Assembly (NCBI GenBank): GCA_043825875.1
Contig: JBDRRF010000086.1
Span: 1-41,253 of the forward strand
Direction of reading: 5' to 3'
Length of the DNA: 41,253 bases
DNA from: Pseudomonadota bacterium
Lineage (GTDB): Bacteria; Desulfobacterota; Desulfobacteria; Desulfobacterales; RPRI01
Part shown: piece by piece, positions 19,443 to 27,311 of the stretch
Layout of the letters: every line of letters starts with the position of its first letter
How positions within the stretch are numbered: position 1 is the first letter of the stretch
The notes under the pieces: generated by a model
What the model was told of the DNA's origin: nothing
Seen by the model: only the letters and a program-made list of their open reading frames with translations
Database searches by the model: none
Program-made: the position numbers and the translations under genes

Positions 19443-19742
19443 TTATTCTATAGCAATAAAGGGTTTTCGCAACTCATTTTTTATGAGTTTGCCATCACCG
19501 GGGTTACCATAAATTCTACCATAAACTGTTTTTGTTTCACCTGTAATAGTATCAACAACAAATGCTCCTACAGCTCCTGAATTGTCACCAAGAGAAGTTG
19601 CCCATGAAGATATTTGAAATCTGCCATAATTAGGCGGAGGTGGATTCAAAGAATCTGCCCCGGCTAAAAACAATATCCCTGTAACAACAAGTATACCCAA
19701 AAGAAAATATTTTATTCTTTCTTTCCATAACTTATCTTTCAT
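19443..19742 (-). CDS. Small exported/membrane-anchored hypothetical protein
   Basis: 99 aa, N-terminal hydrophobic segment, AAGGAG RBS, GRFQIS...FVVDTITGET motif. Confidence 0.7.
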   Translation of the reverse strand: MKDKLWKERIKYFLLGILVVTGILFLAGADSLNPPPPNYGRFQISSWATSLGDNSGAVGAFVVDTITGETKTVYGRIYGNPGDGKLIKNELRKPFIAIE

Positions 19743-19780
19743 TTTAAGATCTCCTTTAATTATAGAAGTAATATTTAGTT

Positions 19781-19839
19781 AAAAAAAATCCTCTTCCCAC
19801 TACCTCCGTATATCGAAGGAATAAGAAGAGGAATTTTTT
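19781..19839. terminator. Probable intrinsic terminator downstream of the LPP20-like gene
   Basis: TCCTCTTC...GAAGAGGA inverted repeat flanked by an A-run and a T-run. Confidence 0.5.
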
Positions 19840-19915
19840 AATTAATGTTCATAGTGTTATGGTAATAATCGCCGGATATAAGATCTTTTATAACTTTTTT
19901 CAGATAAATCCCGGT

Positions 19916-20659
19916 TTATTTTTTCGCAGCTTTGGATTTTCTGAAATCATCTACAAGAGCACCCTGGCCTTCAACCTCGAATTTATCTCCTGCGCCTACA
20001 ATAGCTTCTCCAAGCATCGCTGATACATCATCTAAGCTGATAACCATCTTTACAAAAGCATCACCGGCTTCATCCCATCCAAAATCCACGATCTCAGCAA
20101 AAGCAAGCGACGCCTGAACCTTTGTTTTAATAAGATCTGATTTAAGCATATAATTTTCAACTGATGTCTGGCTTTCAAGTGTAAAGCCTGCTATCTGCTG
20201 CGCCAATTGTTTATAGGCATCAATCTGTGCGGCCCTTAAAGCCTTCAAGGGACCTGCATTGGCAGGAGAGCTTGTACCAAAACCTACATGTTTGAAAACC
20301 TTCCCGCTTAAAGCAACGTCTGCCCCCTCAATATTTACAATCTGGTTGGCTGTCATTGTAGCGGTGGCTCTTGCAATATCTTGTTTTGTATCATAGACAA
20401 CGTCTGAAATCTTAATTCCGGACATGACTGCCGATGTTTTTGAATCGGTTTTTCCGACATAACTGTCCGCCGCCATATCTCTAACTTCTTCGCTGGCACG
20501 GATTTTCAGGCCATATACCTGTTCTGTAAGCCCTCTCATAGCATCGTTTTTTGCCGCCATGATAGCCATCATTTTTTTATTGCCGGCTAATACGTTAGGC
20601 GCTGATAATACTATGCAGATTAACAAAATTAAAATACTTTTAAACCATCTAGATATCAT
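19916..20659 (-). CDS. Secreted protein with two LPP20-like domains
   Basis: Signal peptide (VLA/G); two AxxAAxxDAxxxLxxQxxG motifs (AIMAAKNDAMRGLTEQVYG; ALRAAQIDAYKQLAQQIAG); strong GGAGGAGG RBS. Confidence 0.7.
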   Translation of the reverse strand: MISRWFKSILILLICIVLSAPNVLAGNKKMMAIMAAKNDAMRGLTEQVYGLKIRASEEVRDMAADSYVGKTDSKTSAVMSGIKISDVVYDTKQDIARATATMTANQIVNIEGADVALSGKVFKHVGFGTSSPANAGPLKALRAAQIDAYKQLAQQIAGFTLESQTSVENYMLKSDLIKTKVQASLAFAEIVDFGWDEAGDAFVKMVISLDDVSAMLGEAIVGAGDKFEVEGQGALVDDFRKSKAAKK

Positions 20660-20738
20660 ATTACCCTACCTCCTCCTTTTTTGGAGTAATTCATAACTAT
20701 TGCCATCTTATACATCGCTTTTAAATATTTGATCTAAC

Positions 20739-20880
20739 GAGCCAGTTTCAAAACGCCCCATTTTGGCCGATCTCTGCGTTGGGTTCAAATTTCAATCCTC
20801 GAAATACTAAATGTATTCCTGTGGTTGAAATTCTCTCCCGCCTTGAGCTTGACCAAACTGAAACGTTTTGAAAGTGGCTC
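20739..20880. mobile_element. 142-bp MITE-like element, copy 1
   Basis: 17-bp imperfect terminal inverted repeats GAGCCAGTTTCAAAACG / CGTTTTGAAAGTGGCTC; second copy at 32807-32948; flanked by TAAC on both sides. Confidence 0.85.
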
Positions 20881-20903
20881 TAACAAATAATGTTTATTAA
20901 AAA

Positions 20904-21608
20904 TTATTCGGATAATTCTTCGGTTGATATAGAGGAGGCAGCTTTATCCTTTTCCTGGATATCTGGTACTGCTGTCTCATTTGTTATCTCTTTTGGTTGC
21001 TCACCGTTTAAACTTATAGTATCTTTTTTATTTTCCTGGATATCAGAGCTTAACTCATCTTTGTTTTCTTCTTCTTGTTCGTTGACCAAATCTGTACTTT
21101 CTATATTTATCTCTGGGTCAGAAGTTAACTCCTTATTTGTAACTTCATTTTTTTGTTCATCAACAATATCTGAAATGTCTGAACTTTCATTCTTTTCCTG
21201 AATATTGGGACTTAACTCATTTTTATTTTCTACTTCTTGTTGTTCATCGATCAAGTTTGAATTATCAACATTTATCTCAGGATTGGGAATTAACTCTTCT
21301 TTTGTTTCTATATTCTTCTTTTTTCCGCTAAAATCTATACTTTCTTCCTTAACAGATGTTTTAACATGATAAATATCAAAAACCAGATTTCCTTCCTCAG
21401 TAACAACTCTTGCTTTTGCACCAACTATTCCATTTTTCGGCAGATTTGGAATTTGTCTGACCATTTGTTTATTCTGGCCATCCATTTCCACGGTTCTTTT
21501 ATCAACCAGTTTCTTATTGCCGGCAAAAGCTGATGGAAAAAGGCATACTACAAAGAATAAAATTATGGCAAGTACCACTCTGCAGCATAAACCCATATAT
21601 ATCACCAT
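20904..21608 (-). CDS. Secreted acidic low-complexity protein with internal imperfect repeats
   Basis: Signal peptide ending AFA; repeated ELxxxPEIN...LxxEQxxxxNKxELSxxIQE units; overlaps/abuts the upstream CsgG-like gene (start could be ATG 21596). Confidence 0.7.
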   Translation of the reverse strand: MVIYMGLCCRVVLAIILFFVVCLFPSAFAGNKKLVDKRTVEMDGQNKQMVRQIPNLPKNGIVGAKARVVTEEGNLVFDIYHVKTSVKEESIDFSGKKKNIETKEELIPNPEINVDNSNLIDEQQEVENKNELSPNIQEKNESSDISDIVDEQKNEVTNKELTSDPEINIESTDLVNEQEEENKDELSSDIQENKKDTISLNGEQPKEITNETAVPDIQEKDKAASSISTEELSE

Positions 21609-22963
21609 TCTTCATCAGTAAGGATTCTGCCTATAGAACTTGATTTTCTCCTGGAAACGCTTGCAGCCGCTGGAGCTGGAGCAGCCTTTTTCTTTTTTGA
21701 GACGGCAGGAGCGGGCTGCTGGGCTGCTTCAACAGCAGCTTCCTGCTGAGGTTCCACATAAGCTTGTGCCTGAGCTTGTTGCTGTTGTACAGGCTGTTGA
21801 GCAGGCGCACTGGCCTCAACCACTTCTGCGGGCTGGTTCATAATCCTATCTAACTGGTTTCTTCTGCCTAATGTACTTTCTTTTATAGGAATTGATGCAT
21901 ATATTCTAAGGAATAAATCCGCATCTACTTTATTAAAACTGCTGTCAAACTGTTTTAATGCGGAAACAGTCGCATTATCAAGCTGTCCGGTAAGTGCGAC
22001 ATCATATCCATGAAGATACAACCATTCCTGAATCTTGAATAACCGGTCTGAAGCAGTTAACTTGTAGTAAAACTTTTTTACAGCACTTTCTACATCTTTA
22101 TCAGGTAACGCATCATCACCCAACAATCTCCAGTAAGGAAGTCCATTATATTTTCCAACAATCTGGATCATACTCAATTCAACAAGAAGTCTTACCGCAT
22201 GGTGCCTTCCCTGAACTTTCTTTATAGAACCTTTTCTTCCGAATGTCTGACCAAAAAGGCTTACTCCTAATTCCCTTTCATTCATGGCTTTTGATACCTT
22301 CATGGTATTAACGGCACTCATTCTGGGTACACCTGCCATAGTTCTGAAATCAAGAAGGTTAAAATCAAGTGTTATGCTGGCCAAGCCTGTTTTTCCTGCA
22401 TCACCATATCTAAGCTTTACTTCTTTTGATGGAAGGTAATCAGGCAATCCGGTAAACTCGGCACCGGCACTAACATCAGTGCCGTCACCCCTTGTTTCCA
22501 ATCCCCTGTCAAATTCTGTAATACCGCCACTTACCACTATATCAGGTATAAGTTTTTCATCGAAATTCGAATAGCCGGTTACCATCTGATTTTGAATAAA
22601 TGACGGATCATAAGGAATAAAGGTAACTCTTCCACCAATTGAATTAAGAGAACTCTTTAGCATTTCGGTTATATCTCTTGGTATTTCTCCGCCGGTAGAA
22701 CCCGATGTGCCGGTATTATCACCTATAGGATTGCTCTGTATTTTAACAACATCAACATTATAGATTTCAGTCATTAATCCAAGGTCCGCCAGGGCCTGCG
22801 TAAATGAGGTAATTTTAGCTGCGGGCGGTTCTGTTTTAAGCTGAACATCTGTTTCGGCCGGATCAATTGACGCACAAGAAGCAAGAAGCAAGGAAAATGA
22901 CATAATAGTCAAAACGATTAGCATTTTCTTGCAGGCTTTATTATTCCGGAATATGTATCTCAT
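21602..22963 (-). CDS. CsgG/HfaB-like lipoprotein with peptidoglycan-binding domain and Q/A/P-rich tail
   Basis: Lipobox LASC; collinear CsgG-like blocks IGDNTG, IPRDITEMLKSSL, PDIVVSGGITEFD, ITLDFNLLDFRT, AVRLLVELSMIQIVG; PG-binding-like IQEWLYLHGY...TGQLDNATVSALKQF; ATG 22963 after GAGGGG. Confidence 0.72.
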   Translation of the reverse strand: MRYIFRNNKACKKMLIVLTIMSFSLLLASCASIDPAETDVQLKTEPPAAKITSFTQALADLGLMTEIYNVDVVKIQSNPIGDNTGTSGSTGGEIPRDITEMLKSSLNSIGGRVTFIPYDPSFIQNQMVTGYSNFDEKLIPDIVVSGGITEFDRGLETRGDGTDVSAGAEFTGLPDYLPSKEVKLRYGDAGKTGLASITLDFNLLDFRTMAGVPRMSAVNTMKVSKAMNERELGVSLFGQTFGRKGSIKKVQGRHHAVRLLVELSMIQIVGKYNGLPYWRLLGDDALPDKDVESAVKKFYYKLTASDRLFKIQEWLYLHGYDVALTGQLDNATVSALKQFDSSFNKVDADLFLRIYASIPIKESTLGRRNQLDRIMNQPAEVVEASAPAQQPVQQQQAQAQAYVEPQQEAAVEAAQQPAPAVSKKKKAAPAPAAASVSRRKSSSIGRILTDEEW

Positions 22964-23039
22964 CTTCCCCTCTTTCAAATTATTTATTTGTATTTTTATC
23001 GGCTGCAGCTAATTTATCTAAAATAAAATCTGCCACGGC

Positions 23040-23372
23040 TTATTTCATAACCTGAATATTATAAATATTTCCAGTCTGAGTACCAGCTCCTACCACTACA
23101 CTGTTCTCATTCTTATCACCCGTTATATCTCCGCTGATATCCTTCTCTCCAGCCTGTTCCCCTTTACTGGCTTTCCTCGAAGCAGCTGCCATAGCATCAA
23201 GAACGATAAAGTTGATATTATTATCTTTTTTGCCCAATGCATCGTCTGCACTGACAGAATCATCAGTATATTTTGAAATATCATCATCCAGATCACCGCC
23301 CCGGCAATATTGTGTACATATAGCCGGAACAATAATTATACAGCAAAAAATTATAAAATATTTCTTAATCAT
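23040..23372 (-). CDS. Small secreted hypothetical protein (candidate accessory/nucleator)
   Basis: N-terminal hydrophobic signal, acidic segment, C-terminal NENSVVVGAGTQTGNIYNIQV; GGAGGAGG RBS. Confidence 0.75.
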   Translation of the reverse strand: MIKKYFIIFCCIIIVPAICTQYCRGGDLDDDISKYTDDSVSADDALGKKDNNINFIVLDAMAAASRKASKGEQAGEKDISGDITGDKNENSVVVGAGTQTGNIYNIQVMK

Positions 23373-23604
23373 ATGCCCTCCTCCAACTGATAGATTGATC
23401 AGGTTATTCTTATAAATTGTTAAAATTCTGTCTGTTAAAACAAGTTGGTTGTAATTTAATAGTTTTTTTTAAAAAACTATTAATTCTTATCATTATGTTA
23501 AAACATCTGCTATCAATAATAAAGATAAAAATATGGAGGGCTTGAAATCAATTGTTATTTTAACCGATTTTATTAGCAATAATTTTGTTAAAATTTACGG
23601 TTAT

Positions 23605-23631
23605 AGGGCTGCGACAAACAGCCGCAGCCCT
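23605..23631 (-). terminator. GC-rich stem-loop after the 272-aa repeat gene
   Basis: Minus strand AGGGCUGCGGC-UGUUU-GUCGCAGCCCU (11 bp incl. one G-U); no U-tract. Confidence 0.55.
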
Positions 23632-23662
23632 GTTAATATTAACTATTACAGTAAGATAACAA

Positions 23663-24481
23663 CTACTCAAGCACTACAGAACCCATATTGGATTCAGCTC
23701 CCTGACCCATAGCGATATTGGCTGCACCCTTTACATCAGACTGATTGATTATAGCACCCTTTACACTGGATTTGCTCATATCAACAGTACCCATTCTTGC
23801 TTTTGCGCCTTTACCCATAGCAATATTTGCTGCACCCTTTACACTGGATTTGTTGATGATAGCACCTTTAAGACTTGATTTATCCATACTTACTGTTCCC
23901 ATCTGAGCTTTTGCACCCTGGCCCATAGCGATATTGGCTGCGCCCTTTACATCAGATTGATTGATTACAGCACCCTTTACACTGGAGTTTTTCATGCTTA
24001 CAGTACCCATCTGAGCTGTTGCGCCTTTACCCATAGCAATATTTGCTGCACCCTTTACATTAGACTTATTGATGATGGCACCTTTAAGGTCAGATTTATC
24101 CATACTTACAGTACCCATCTGAGCGGTTGCGCCTTTGCCCATAGCGATATTTGCTGCACCCTTTACATCAGACTGATTGATTATAGCACCCTTTACACTG
24201 GATTTGTTCAAATCAACAGTACCCATCTGAGCTTTTGCTCCCTGGCCCATAGCGATATTGGCTGCACCCTTTACACTGGATTTGTTGATGATAGCGCCTT
24301 TTAAGCTGGAATCTTTCATCTTTACTGTACCCATGTCAGCTGTTGCACCTTTACCCATAGCGATATTGGCTGCACCCTTTACATCGGATTTGTTAATAAT
24401 TGCGCCTTTAACATCTGAACCTGCGAAAGCCAATGAACCACTGATTAAAACAATACCTACTACTAATAAAGCTTTTTTCAT
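23663..24481 (-). CDS. Secreted 36-aa repeat protein (7 repeats), predicted beta-solenoid/amyloid-like fibre subunit
   Basis: Signal peptide (AFA/G), then 6x36 + 35 aa of SxVKGAIINxSxVKGAANIAMGxGAxAxMGTVxMxK with no linkers; AAGGAGG RBS. Confidence 0.85.
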   Translation of the reverse strand: MKKALLVVGIVLISGSLAFAGSDVKGAIINKSDVKGAANIAMGKGATADMGTVKMKDSSLKGAIINKSSVKGAANIAMGQGAKAQMGTVDLNKSSVKGAIINQSDVKGAANIAMGKGATAQMGTVSMDKSDLKGAIINKSNVKGAANIAMGKGATAQMGTVSMKNSSVKGAVINQSDVKGAANIAMGQGAKAQMGTVSMDKSSLKGAIINKSSVKGAANIAMGKGAKARMGTVDMSKSSVKGAIINQSDVKGAANIAMGQGAESNMGSVVLE

Positions 24482-24537
24482 TTTACATTCCTCCTTGTTT
24501 GGTTGTTGTTAAATTTTTTCTCTCGGTTTTAAGTTTA

Positions 24538-24602
24538 TTTATACTTCATATATTTTTTGTTGTCAGTGAATGATTTCTCATATTTATTGTGACATAGTTA
24601 CA
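24538..24602 (-). promoter_or_regulatory. Putative promoter CTGACA-N17-TATAAA with upstream TGTnA-N5-TnACA site
   Basis: Same bipartite motif with identical spacing occurs at 27269-27311, upstream of the paralogous repeat gene. Confidence 0.6.
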
Positions 24603-24720
24603 TTTATAAAATTTTTGTTTGCCGTGATTTTCTCCTTCCTATGCACATACTGGGCATAAATCATATAATTAGTTATTTGTAAAGAAAGACCCACCATTTT
24701 TTTGTCTTTTCCCAATTACC

Positions 24721-27099
24721 CTATTTATAAACAACTGAATTTTTGTTTGAAGTTCCTCCAATAGCAACATTGGTGTTATGTACACCCATTCCGCCGAAAG
24801 GAACTCTGACATCATTGATAACAAGACCTGTTCCTGAGCTGGTGCTGGCGCCACCTATGTCACGATTTTTAACTACAACAGACCCCGAATTCGCTTCGCT
24901 TCCCGATCCAACGGCAACATTTGTTACAACACCTCCGCTGACCCTGTTTGAAATACTGCCGCGCACAGTACTGTTTTCAAGAACAACCGAACCAAGGTTT
25001 GCCCTTGAATTACTTCCTACAGCAACATTTGTCATAACTCCGCCTGCCGCCCTGTTTGAAATATTTCCCTGCACATTGCTGTTTTTCATATCCACAGAAC
25101 CTAAATTCGCCTTAGTATTGCTGCCTAAAGCAACATTAGTAACAACACCTCCAACAGTTGTATTTGTGATATTTCCCTTCATAGTACTGTTTTCCATGTT
25201 TACTGATGAAAGGTTTGCTTTGGATCTGCTGCCTAAAGCAACATTAGTAACGACTCCACCTGCTGCCGTATTTACTATATTCCCTTTAATATTACTGTTT
25301 TCCATGTTTACTGATGAAAGGTTTGCTTTGGTATTGCTGCCAAGTGCAACGTTTGTCACTGCTCCACCTGCTGCCGTATTTACTATGTTTCCTTTCATAG
25401 TACTGTTTTTCATATCAACAGACGATAAACTTGCTTTAGAATTGCTGCCCAAAGCAACATTAGTAACTGCTCCACCTGCTGCCGTATTTATTATGTTTCC
25501 TTTCATAGTACTGTTTTTCATATCAACAGACGATAAACTTGCTTTAGAATTGCTGCCAAGTGCGACGTTTGTTACGGCTCCACCCGCTGCCGTATTTATT
25601 ATATTACCCTTTACATTACTGCCTTCCAAATTTGCAGAAGCAAGCCCGGCTTTATTATTTTTACCTAAAGCAACGTTCGTTAAGGCGGCTCCAATCGAAG
25701 TATTTACTATTGCACCCTTCACGTCACTATTTTTAAGATCGGCAGATCCGAGGCTGGCTTTGTTCCCGGCCCCGAGAGCAACATTTGTGACTGCTTGACC
25801 TATTGTAGTATTTACAATAGCGCCCTTCATGCTGCTTGATTCCATATTTACAGCACCGAGGCTGGCTTTATTATCTTTTCCCAAGGCAACATTTGTTACT
25901 GCCTGGCCCATTGTAGTGTTTACAATAGCACCTTTCATGCTGCTCGACTTCATAGTAACAGCGCCTAAGTCCGCTTTATTTCCAGCTCCCAAAGCTACGT
26001 TAGTTACGACTTGTCCGGCTGTAGTATTAACTATAGCTCCTTTAAGGTCACTGTTTTTCATTTCAACAGAGCCAAGTTTAGCTGTATTATCTTTTCCCAA
26101 AGCGACATTTGTCAGTACCTGACCGGCTGCCGTATTTATTACAGCACCTTTAACATCGCTTCCCTTCATATCAACTGCACCAAGGCTTGTTTTATTTCCG
26201 GCTCCAAGTGCTACGTTTGTCAATACCTGACCCGCTGCCGTATTTACTACCGCACCCTTTACTTTTGTGTTTTCCAAATTGGTTGCACCAAGACTGGCTT
26301 TGTTGTTTTTGCCCAAAGCAACATTCGTCAGCACCTGACCGGCTGCCGTATTTATCACAGCACCTTTAACATCGCTTCCCTTCATATCAACTGCACCAAG
26401 GCTTGTTTTATTTCCGGCTCCAAGCGCTACGTTTGTCAATACCTGACCCGCTGCCGTATTTACTACCGCACCCTTTACTTTTGTGTTTTCCAGATTGGTT
26501 GCGCCAAGACTGGCTTTATTGTCTTTGCCCAAAGCAACATTTGTAAGTACTTGGCCCGCGGCTGTATTTATCACAGCACCTTTAATATCGCTTCCTTTTG
26601 TATCAACCGCACCAAGACCTGTTTTGTTACCTGAACCCAACGCAACGTTTGTCAAAACTTTACCTGCTGCTGTATTTATAACCGCACCTTTTACACTTGT
26701 ACTCTCCAAATTGGTTGCCCCCAAGCTGGCTTTGTTATCTTTACCCAAAGCAACATTTGTGCTGGTCTGCCCTGCAGAAGTATTAATAACCGCACCTTTT
26801 ACACTACTTCCTTTCATGGTAACTGAACTCAGATTAGATTTATTGTTGCTTCCAAGGGCAACATTAACAGAAGTCTTTCCAGCGGGAGTATTTACTACCG
26901 CACCTGTAACGCTGCTGTCCTTTAATGCAACTGAATCAAGATTTGCCTTGCTATTAGAACCTAAAGCAACATTAACCTTGGTCTTCGTATTCGAGGTATT
27001 TATCACGGCTCCCTTTATGTCCGAACCGGCATATCCCAAAGTAGCACTCAGCAAAAGGCCGGTTATTGCTACAGACAGAGTTTTTTGAATATTGTTCAT
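24721..27099 (-). CDS. Secreted 36-aa repeat protein (20 repeats + 47-aa degenerate cap), predicted beta-solenoid/amyloid-like fibre subunit
   Basis: Signal peptide (GYA/G); 25 + 20x36 + 47 = 792 aa; consensus SxxKGA(V/I)(I/V)NTxxGxxxTNVALGxxNKAxLGxVxMxx; AAGGAGG RBS. Confidence 0.88.
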   Translation of the reverse strand: MNNIQKTLSVAITGLLLSATLGYAGSDIKGAVINTSNTKTKVNVALGSNSKANLDSVALKDSSVTGAVVNTPAGKTSVNVALGSNNKSNLSSVTMKGSSVKGAVINTSAGQTSTNVALGKDNKASLGATNLESTSVKGAVINTAAGKVLTNVALGSGNKTGLGAVDTKGSDIKGAVINTAAGQVLTNVALGKDNKASLGATNLENTKVKGAVVNTAAGQVLTNVALGAGNKTSLGAVDMKGSDVKGAVINTAAGQVLTNVALGKNNKASLGATNLENTKVKGAVVNTAAGQVLTNVALGAGNKTSLGAVDMKGSDVKGAVINTAAGQVLTNVALGKDNTAKLGSVEMKNSDLKGAIVNTTAGQVVTNVALGAGNKADLGAVTMKSSSMKGAIVNTTMGQAVTNVALGKDNKASLGAVNMESSSMKGAIVNTTIGQAVTNVALGAGNKASLGSADLKNSDVKGAIVNTSIGAALTNVALGKNNKAGLASANLEGSNVKGNIINTAAGGAVTNVALGSNSKASLSSVDMKNSTMKGNIINTAAGGAVTNVALGSNSKASLSSVDMKNSTMKGNIVNTAAGGAVTNVALGSNTKANLSSVNMENSNIKGNIVNTAAGGVVTNVALGSRSKANLSSVNMENSTMKGNITNTTVGGVVTNVALGSNTKANLGSVDMKNSNVQGNISNRAAGGVMTNVAVGSNSRANLGSVVLENSTVRGSISNRVSGGVVTNVAVGSGSEANSGSVVVKNRDIGGASTSSGTGLVINDVRVPFGGMGVHNTNVAIGGTSNKNSVVYK
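24865..27024 (-). repeat. 108-bp coding tandem repeat array (20 units)
   Basis: Units visible in the DNA (e.g. recurring AAAGCAACATT, GCTGCCGTATTTA); a 216-bp higher-order period in units 5-9. Confidence 0.9.
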
Positions 27100-27245
27100 A
27101 ATCCACCTCCTTAAACATTTTCGTCTATTATCTAAGATAAAACCACTACAGCCAAAAGCAAGTCCTTCATATTGTTTTTGATATTTGATCTGTCTATTGT
27201 GGCATTATCTTTGATATCTTTGTTAACATTGCTTTTTTTATATTA

Positions 27246-27311
27246 CTTATAATCTAATTTCCGTTTCATTGTCAGTGAAGATCGTCATAAATGTTTTGTG
27301 AAATATTAACA
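27246..27311 (-). promoter_or_regulatory. Putative promoter CTGACA-N18-TATAAG with upstream TGTnA-N5-TnACA site
   Basis: Paralogue of the motif at 24560-24602. Confidence 0.6.

Noticed and set aside
23663..27024. Possible CRISPR array or non-coding tandem repeat
   Set aside because: Period is 108 bp with synonymous-type variation and an intact reading frame; no unique spacers and no cas genes.
23957..27088. Long plus-strand ORFs (e.g. 24743-25798, 26011-26634, 26483-27088)
   Set aside because: Antisense shadows of the repetitive minus-strand genes; no RBS or independent protein features.
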